Shown here piece by piece: positions 57,924-64,000 of a DNA stretch of 64,000 bases. The stretch comes from Candidatus Berkelbacteria bacterium (GTDB lineage: Bacteria > Patescibacteriota > UBA1384 > XYA2-FULL-43-10 > CAINNR01): contig JBAXAF010000003.1 of the NCBI GenBank assembly GCA_037142675.1, positions 3,717 through 67,716 of the forward strand, read 5' to 3'. Position 1 is the stretch's first letter. Each line of letters begins with the position of its first letter. The notes below the pieces were generated by a model. It was given only the letters and a program-made list of their open reading frames with translations, was not told where the DNA came from and ran no database searches. The position numbers and the translations under genes were made by a program.

Positions 57924-58601
57924 TTAGAATTGTTTAAGAAATCTTAAATCTCCAGAGCGTAGCAATCGGATATCCTCGATGCCATATTTCAACATGACCA
58001 ACCTATCTACTCCCATGCCAAAGGCAAAACCGGAATATTTTTCTGGATCCAGACCCATGTTTTTAATAACTTTTGGATGAACCATGCCCGCGCCCAAAAG
58101 CTCTAGCCACTTACCATTGTATTTGGCTGAAACTTCGAATCCAGGTTCTACGAAAGGGAAAAAACTTGGGGTAAATTTGACTTCAGTGTCTTCGCCATAG
58201 ATTTTTTTGAAGAAGTGTTCCAAAGTGTAGAACAAATTACTAACCTTAACATCTTTGTCGACATATAAGCCTTCAAGCTGGAAGATTGCCGCCTCGTGCT
58301 TAAAATCTGTTGCCTCGTTGCGATAGACTTGTCCGGGAGAAAGAATTCTAAATGGTGGTTTGTGATCTTTGCCAAAGTGAATTTGGCCATTGGAAGTTTG
58401 AGTTCGAAGAACTCGACCATCTGATAGCCAAAAAGTGTCTTGCATATCACGAGCAGGATGGTCTGATGGCATATTTAGAGCATCGAAGTTATACCACTCA
58501 GAGTCTACCTCTGGACCATCAAATACTTCAAAACCCAAACCTTCAAATATTTTGATGGTTTGACGCAAGAGTTGAGTGATTGGATGTAAATTACCCTTCA
58601 T
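57924..58601 (-). CDS. pheS: Phenylalanine--tRNA ligase alpha subunit (catalytic core only)
   Basis: GNLHP, HPARDMQDTF, FPFVEP, GFAFGMGVDRL. Confidence 0.95.
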   Translation of the reverse strand: MKGNLHPITQLLRQTIKIFEGLGFEVFDGPEVDSEWYNFDALNMPSDHPARDMQDTFWLSDGRVLRTQTSNGQIHFGKDHKPPFRILSPGQVYRNEATDFKHEAAIFQLEGLYVDKDVKVSNLFYTLEHFFKKIYGEDTEVKFTPSFFPFVEPGFEVSAKYNGKWLELLGAGMVHPKVIKNMGLDPEKYSGFAFGMGVDRLVMLKYGIEDIRLLRSGDLRFLKQF

Positions 58602-58990
58602 TTTGCTGATTTTTTAAATTTATTACCGCGGAAAAATAATTCAAGCATAATAATTGCAATTGTTAAGGGTGCGCCTACCCACAGATCTAATATTTTCAGG
58701 CCAGCTAAAATCAACAGTACGGTTGCCGCCAGTGAGATAATGGCCGAGATACGGAGTGTTGACCAAAATACATCCGACATTATTTTTTCTGATAGCCTTG
58801 ACCTGACAAAAAGCAGCGTAACAGTGATGAGTCCGGTAAAAGTAGCCCAAAATGAGACGTAGAGTAAGATAAAGACGGAAATGTCGGCTTTATACGGGCT
58901 ATAGTTGGTTAGAGTCAAAATTAAAGCCGCTAACGCAAAAACGCTAACTGACACGAGAAAGAACAGTTTGGCTTTCAAATTTGTCGTCAC
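58598..58990 (-). CDS. Four-TM hypothetical membrane protein
   Basis: Hydrophobic 130 aa, ATGA overlap with pheS. Confidence 0.75.
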   Translation of the reverse strand: MTTNLKAKLFFLVSVSVFALAALILTLTNYSPYKADISVFILLYVSFWATFTGLITVTLLFVRSRLSEKIMSDVFWSTLRISAIISLAATVLLILAGLKILDLWVGAPLTIAIIMLELFFRGNKFKKSAK

Positions 58991-59071
58991 AACTACATTT
59001 TAGCACAAACCAGCACTATTGTGAACAAAAATTGACATAATCAGTGTGCAGATATATTTTAGGTATGCAGG

Positions 59072-59512
59072 TTGTTTTTTTTGGAGGTGATCACCACGTC
59101 ACAAACAGCGAATGTGTATCTCAATTATGCGGACAGGCGTTGGTGGCGCGGTAAGAAACCACAATTGATAATCGTGCCAGAATACCATCGAGATGACCAG
59201 TACTGGGTAGTTCAGCAGTTGTGTAAGCGGCTGGGTAAGTCCTACAACCAGACGTTGGTTGGAAAATTCACTATAGTGTTCGAGGAGCGAAAACCCGCAG
59301 ACTTCAACCCCAGGAAGTTGGTCGCTTCCGGCACTGGGCTTCCTAGCGCTGTGTGCTGCATCTGTTCGTCAGCAATAGTGGATATTAACAAAAGTTGTCC
59401 GTCGTGTGGTAACGATCCAGCTACTGGAGCGGCACCTGCCTTTGCCATGACATCCGAAAGTCACAGATCGCTGCAAGAGGAAGAAAAGTCTCAAATCTTC
59501 GATGGCGATTAG
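59072..59512 (+). CDS. Hypothetical protein with C-terminal zinc ribbon (start uncertain)
   Basis: CCIC..CPSCG; strong GGAGGTGAT at 59083. Confidence 0.55.
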   Translation: MFFLEVITTSQTANVYLNYADRRWWRGKKPQLIIVPEYHRDDQYWVVQQLCKRLGKSYNQTLVGKFTIVFEERKPADFNPRKLVASGTGLPSAVCCICSSAIVDINKSCPSCGNDPATGAAPAFAMTSESHRSLQEEEKSQIFDGD

Positions 59513-59542
59513 TTGTCGCATACCCATCAAAGCGCCTGCCGA

Positions 59543-59866
59543 TCAGCCGGCGCTATTTTTTTCTATTAGTTCTTCAATATGCTCTATTTCAGATTGCATT
59601 TGGTCTTTTGCGATCTCAATTTTTGGAATTTTGTGAATGAATAGTCTGTCGGCCAAAAGCTTTCTATATTCACCGGTTTTTTTCTTCAGTGCGTCGTAAA
59701 CAGACTGATGACCGGATGTCACAGAGACGAATATTTTTGTATTGGATAAATCTGGTGCGGTATGGATGAAATTTATGGTAATAAATTCACCAGGAAAATC
59801 AAAAACAAAAGCCATGGAAAGCTCTTGTTTTATGAGTTCATTAACTTTTTCAATACGTTGCGACAT
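59543..59866 (-). CDS. rbfA: Ribosome-binding factor A
   Basis: RIEKVNELIKQELS, PDLSNTKIFVS, IPKI. Confidence 0.85.
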   Translation of the reverse strand: MSQRIEKVNELIKQELSMAFVFDFPGEFITINFIHTAPDLSNTKIFVSVTSGHQSVYDALKKKTGEYRKLLADRLFIHKIPKIEIAKDQMQSEIEHIEELIEKNSAG

Positions 59867-59874
59867 ATTCAATA

Positions 59875-60000
59875 ATAAATTCTAAGCGCTAAATCCTAAA
59901 CTCTAAGCAATTTTCAAAATCCAAAATACAAATGTTTTAAATATTTGAGAATTTGGAATTAGTATTTGTTTAGAGTTTAGATATTAGAATTTAGAGTTTG
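59875..60000. repeat. Heptamer-periodic imperfect inverted repeat
   Basis: CTAAACTCTAAGCAA (59896) pairs with TTGTTTAGAGTTTAG (59966); ~7-bp periodic arms. Confidence 0.7.
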
Positions 60001-60010
60001 ATTTTTCGTG

Positions 60011-60388
60011 TTATCGTTTTGACCACTGAGGTGCGCGGCGGGCTTTTTTCAAACCAGGTTTTTTTCGCTCGACTTCTCTTTGGTCACGTGTCAAAAAGCC
60101 AGCTTTTTTCAAAGTTGGTCGAAATTCAGAATTGAGCTCAATTAAAGCGCGAGAAATCCCATGACGAATAGCGCCTTCCTGACCGTTTTTACCACCACCG
60201 TTAACTTTAACTGATACATCACACGAATCAAACTTGCCGACTAATTTTAGTGGCTCGACTACATTTTCGGAAAGGATAATTTCTTTATCGTTGACTACTG
60301 CTTTACCACTACCAGCAAAAATTCGAACTCGCGCAGTTGCAGTTTTTCTTCGTCCTGTTCCGTAATAATATTGTGAGTTATCAGCCAT
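60011..60388 (-). CDS. rpsI: 30S ribosomal protein S9
   Basis: [22 protein letters not shown]. Confidence 0.97.
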   Translation of the reverse strand: MADNSQYYYGTGRRKTATARVRIFAGSGKAVVNDKEIILSENVVEPLKLVGKFDSCDVSVKVNGGGKNGQEGAIRHGISRALIELNSEFRPTLKKAGFLTRDQREVERKKPGLKKARRAPQWSKR

Positions 60389-60783
60389 TATTTTACCTCT
60401 TCTAGCTTAACTTTTGGATATGAGTGTTCGCTGCCTTTATAAATTTTAAGATGCTTAAGTAGCTCTGATTCCAAGCGATTATGGGGAATCATTCCTCTAA
60501 CAGCTTTTTTGATGATCTCAGTTGAGTCAGATTTTTTCAAATCAGCAAAATCGGTTTCTTTAATGCCTCCAGGATATCCTGAGTGACGATAATATTTTTT
60601 TGAAAGTTCTTTAGTTCCAGTTAGAAATAGTTTGTCACTGTTTACAATGAGAACAATATGGCTGGCAACGATGTTCGGAGCGTAGTTTGGATCATTTTTG
60701 CCCATCAACAAAACTGCAGCTTGGGTGGCAATTCTTCCAAGCGGCGCGGTGCTGGCATCAATTAGGTAATACTTCATGTCCAT
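60388..60783 (-). CDS. rplM: 50S ribosomal protein L13
   Basis: [24 protein letters not shown]. Confidence 0.96.
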   Translation of the reverse strand: MDMKYYLIDASTAPLGRIATQAAVLLMGKNDPNYAPNIVASHIVLIVNSDKLFLTGTKELSKKYYRHSGYPGGIKETDFADLKKSDSTEIIKKAVRGMIPHNRLESELLKHLKIYKGSEHSYPKVKLEEVK

Positions 60784-61310
60784 TATTTTTCTCCAGTTTT
60801 TCTAGTTGCTTTTGATCTGACCGAGGTAATTACCCCGCCTTTTTGTGAAGTTGATGTTAGCTTTTCCAATTTCTTTTCGTTCTTGCGGATTTTCTTCTCA
60901 TCAACCATATCTTCGCCGTCTTTGACGTCAGCTGTTTTGTCAACGACTTTCTTTGGCGCAGCAAAAACCTTGCGGTCAACCAACTCAAGTCTCATCATCT
61001 TTGAATTGTCGCCTAGACGATTCCCAATGTGGTATGAGCGAACAAAACCTGATGTTCTATCGGCATATCTTTTAGAAAGCTCAACATAAACCTTTTTGGC
61101 GGCATTTTTATCATAAAAATAAGCCAATAAGCGACGATAAGCGTTTAAATCACCAGCTTTAGATATAGTAATTAGGTGATCTACGTATGATTTAACATCT
61201 TTGGCCTTAGCCTCGGTGGTTTCAATTTTTTCATATAAAACAAGAGAAGCAGCTAGATTGCGCATCAATGATTTTCTGTGTCCAATTTTTCGTCCTAGTT
61301 TTCGTGGCAT
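60783..61310 (-). CDS. rplQ: 50S ribosomal protein L17 with C-terminal extension
   Basis: RKLGR..HRKSLMRNL, IETTEAKAK, RLGD. Confidence 0.95.
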   Translation of the reverse strand: MPRKLGRKIGHRKSLMRNLAASLVLYEKIETTEAKAKDVKSYVDHLITISKAGDLNAYRRLLAYFYDKNAAKKVYVELSKRYADRTSGFVRSYHIGNRLGDNSKMMRLELVDRKVFAAPKKVVDKTADVKDGEDMVDEKKIRKNEKKLEKLTSTSQKGGVITSVRSKATRKTGEK

Positions 61311-61312
61311 AA

Positions 61313-62257
61313 TTAGTTGGCTAGTAATTCTTTAACTTCGTCGAAACCCTTTTTGCCCAATCCCTTAACTTCGGAAAGCTTAAGGTCTGAGAGTCGTTTT
61401 AATCCAGCTACTGTTTTAATTCCGGAGTTAACTAGAGCATTAACAGTTCTTGCAGAAAGATTTAAGTCAGCAACCTTAGTTTTCGGATCTGTATCGGCCA
61501 ATGATGTAAGGCCACCAACAGCTTCTGATCCAACGACTTCTTCGTCTTCAGCAATTTCTTCTTCGCTGGTATAAGGTTTGCCTTCAGCAATGTAATTGAA
61601 ATGTTGAACAAGGATTTTTCCAGCTTGAGTTAAGGCGTCACGTGGTGAAATTGCGCCGTTGGTAGTAATTTCGAGCTCGATTTTATCAAAGTTGGTCATT
61701 TGTCCGACCCTTGTGCTTTCGGTTTTGAAATTAATCAATTTCACAGGAGAGAAAACACTATCAATGGAAATCCTGCCAATATCGCTTTTTTCAACGTCTT
61801 TTTCTTCGGTTGGACGAAAACCACGACCGGTTTCAAGAACAACTTCCATATCGAAGACAGCACTTTTATCTAGGGTAGCAATATATTGGTCTGGGTTTAG
61901 AATCTCAACGTCTGAGGTCAACTTGAAGTCATTTGCAGTTATTACTTTTGGCCCTTTGGCAGTCAAACTAACAGTAACTGGCTCGTCAGAGTATGATTTA
62001 AAGTTAATTTTTCGTAGGTTCATGATGATTTCGATCATATCTTCTTTAACATGAGTAATTGCGGAGAATTCATGAGCAACACCATCAATTTTAATTGAAG
62101 AGATTGCAGTTCCCGGCAAAGAAGAAAGCAGGACTCTGCGCAAAGCATTTCCCATTGTGGCGCCGTAACCAGGTAAAAGCGGCTCTATTGTAAAAACAGA
62201 TTTAGTTTCGTCGACAACCAGCTCTTTAATTCTTGGAATTTCGTTTTCAGGAATCAT
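61313..62257 (-). CDS. rpoA: RNA polymerase alpha subunit
   Basis: EPLLPGYGATMGNALRRVLLSS, HEFS, RVGQ, alpha-CTD LSARTVNAL. Confidence 0.97.
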   Translation of the reverse strand: MIPENEIPRIKELVVDETKSVFTIEPLLPGYGATMGNALRRVLLSSLPGTAISSIKIDGVAHEFSAITHVKEDMIEIIMNLRKINFKSYSDEPVTVSLTAKGPKVITANDFKLTSDVEILNPDQYIATLDKSAVFDMEVVLETGRGFRPTEEKDVEKSDIGRISIDSVFSPVKLINFKTESTRVGQMTNFDKIELEITTNGAISPRDALTQAGKILVQHFNYIAEGKPYTSEEEIAEDEEVVGSEAVGGLTSLADTDPKTKVADLNLSARTVNALVNSGIKTVAGLKRLSDLKLSEVKGLGKKGFDEVKELLAN

Positions 62258-62273
62258 AGTCTCTCCTTTTTTA

Positions 62274-62867
62274 TTACCTAGAGTAATATTCAATGACTAA
62301 ATTAATATCAAACGGAAGCTCAATTTCATCTTTGTTTGGCAAATTTTTTAACTTGATAATGCCAGATTTGCCATCAAAAGCGATCCATGATGGCAGATTG
62401 ACTTTATCATCAAACACAACAGTCTTTTTATCATTAACGGAAATTTCGCTTTTTGAATTGATAATGTGGGAAGGAATGTTAACAATGCGATCATTAACCT
62501 TAAAAAAGCGGTGAGAAACCATTTGGCGGGCAGTAGACTTTGAAGGGGCAACTCCCATTCGATAGATTATTGAATCGAGGCGGCTTTCAAGCAGTTGAAT
62601 TAGGTTTTCGCTGGTGTCCCCTGGTTTGCTGGAAGCTTTGGCGTAATAATTTTTAAGTTGAGTTTCGTTTATGCCATATATTTTTCTGACTTTTTGCTTT
62701 TCTCGAAGCTGCTTACCGTATTCAGAAAGTTTGGTATAAGAGGATGGGCCATGCTGTCCTGGAGGAAAAGGACGAGTGGCGACTGCGCATTTAGGCGAAA
62801 AACACCTTTCACCTTTTAGGAAAAGTTTCACTGTTTCTCTTCGACATTTTCTGCAACCATGGTTCAT
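62274..62867 (-). CDS. rpsD: 30S ribosomal protein S4
   Basis: CRKCRRE, PGQHG, QLREKQK, LESRLD, VIEYYSR. Confidence 0.97.
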   Translation of the reverse strand: MNHGCRKCRRETVKLFLKGERCFSPKCAVATRPFPPGQHGPSSYTKLSEYGKQLREKQKVRKIYGINETQLKNYYAKASSKPGDTSENLIQLLESRLDSIIYRMGVAPSKSTARQMVSHRFFKVNDRIVNIPSHIINSKSEISVNDKKTVVFDDKVNLPSWIAFDGKSGIIKLKNLPNKDEIELPFDINLVIEYYSR

Positions 62868-62928
62868 AATATGTTTTTCTTTCTTGTAATTTATCTGTGG
62901 TCAATATCCGTGCGATAAATCTGTGTAA

Positions 62929-63324
62929 TTAGACTCTTCTGACTTTTTTACGGCGACAACCGTTGTGAGCCATAGGCGTTACATCTTGTATTTTATCGAC
63001 TTCTATACTCGCAGAATGAAACGCTCGAATTGCGCTATCGCGGCCTGATCCGACGCCAGAAATAAAGATATCGGCTTTGCGCAGTCCTCGAAGTTTAGCT
63101 TTTTCAATTGCGGCCGAAGCGGCCAAAGAAGCGGCGTAAGGTGTGGATTTTTTTGCTCCCTTGAAGCCAATTGATCCGGCGGACGCCCAGGCGATTACTC
63201 CGCCCTTTTCGTCTGTAACCGTAACAATAGTGTTATTGAATGAAGACTGTATGTAAACACTGCCAGACGCTACTGGTAGTAATACTTTTTTCTTTTTAAC
63301 TGTTTTTGATGTTTTGGTTGCCAT
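62929..63324 (-). CDS. rpsK: 30S ribosomal protein S11
   Basis: SFNNTI, KSTPYAA, DVTPMAHNGCR. Confidence 0.97.
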   Translation of the reverse strand: MATKTSKTVKKKKVLLPVASGSVYIQSSFNNTIVTVTDEKGGVIAWASAGSIGFKGAKKSTPYAASLAASAAIEKAKLRGLRKADIFISGVGSGRDSAIRAFHSASIEVDKIQDVTPMAHNGCRRKKVRRV

Positions 63325-63370
63325 AATTCCTTAAGCTAATAGCTATTAGCTGACAGCTGCCAGCTTATTT

Positions 63371-63757
63371 TTAAGTTTTTTCTGCGGCTTTTTTGCGACC
63401 TGATCCAACGGTCATTTTTTTACCGCGCTTGGTTCTAGCGTTGGTTTGTGTTTGTTGGCCACGAACTGGCAAACCTCTGGTGTGTCTATAACCGCGATAT
63501 GTTCCGATTTCTTTAAGACGTTTGATGTTTTGGCTAACTTCTGTCCGCAAGTCACCTTCAATTTTGTAATCTTTGTTTAGGATTTGGCGGATTCTTTCAA
63601 GTTCGTCGCTCCCAAGTTTATTGGCCCGAATATTTGGATCTATTTTCGCTGCTGCAAGGATTTTCTTACTTGAAGTTAAACCAATACCAAAAATATATGT
63701 TAGTGAGACTTCTATTCTTTTATCGTTTGGAATTTCATTTCCAGCGAGTCGGACCAT
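63371..63757 (-). CDS. rpsM: 30S ribosomal protein S13
   Basis: [20 protein letters not shown]. Confidence 0.97.
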   Translation of the reverse strand: MVRLAGNEIPNDKRIEVSLTYIFGIGLTSSKKILAAAKIDPNIRANKLGSDELERIRQILNKDYKIEGDLRTEVSQNIKRLKEIGTYRGYRHTRGLPVRGQQTQTNARTKRGKKMTVGSGRKKAAEKT

Positions 63758-63760
63758 AAA

Positions 63761-63907
63761 TTATCCTTGTCTTTGCTTATGTTTTGGATTGGAGCAAATG
63801 CAAAACAGTGTTCGGTGCAGTGTGGCGGAAGTCGAACTGTTTTTCTTTTTTCTGGTAACAATTTTGCATTTGCTACAGATCTTTTTTACTGATGCTTGAA
63901 CTTTCAT
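63761..63907 (-). CDS. rpmJ: 50S ribosomal protein L36 with internal insertion
   Basis: [26 protein letters not shown], 48 aa. Confidence 0.93.
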   Translation of the reverse strand: MKVQASVKKICSKCKIVTRKKKNSSTSATLHRTLFCICSNPKHKQRQG

Positions 63908-64000
63908 ATATGCACTGTTTTTTAGACTGGTCAAAGACTGACAAATAAACATACCTTTGTAGATTCGCCAAGGTTTTTGCGACGCGAAAACTAAAAGGCG

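Overview
64 kb of an AT-rich bacterial chromosome using the standard genetic code (TGA is a stop). Gene content (minimal aminoacyl-tRNA synthetases, sortases, fermentative core, repeat-rich spacers) suggests a Patescibacteria/CPR organism (inference). The backbone is housekeeping: RNA modification, hisS/leuS/aspS/pheST, rel, clpC, nusA/nusB, rnc, cell-wall and glycosyltransferase genes, a gpmI-gpmI-pduL-ackA-oxoacid:ferredoxin oxidoreductase operon and the alpha ribosomal operon. The most interesting part is a ~13.9-kb element integrated at the CCA end of tRNA-Ala(GGC) (about 30017-43886). Its large serine recombinase gene spans the att site: it now ends antisense inside the tRNA, and a plausible native C-terminus sits in frame at the far end. 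Cargo is a coupled operon of an SF1 helicase/Vsr-like nuclease, a TM0106-like nuclease, a Cys-rich protein and exonuclease VII (xseAB), then a highly structured ~170-nt RNA with its own promoter and membrane proteins including a PD-(D/E)xK nuclease with an external domain. This is a candidate undescribed defence or DNA-processing system. Other oddities: tandem membrane-anchored paralogs (one with a lethal-factor-like HExxH domain), a NUDIX insertion in LeuRS, periodic repeats and palindromes inside essential genes, and a probable ATT start. All calls come from reading motifs by eye; no database searches were run.
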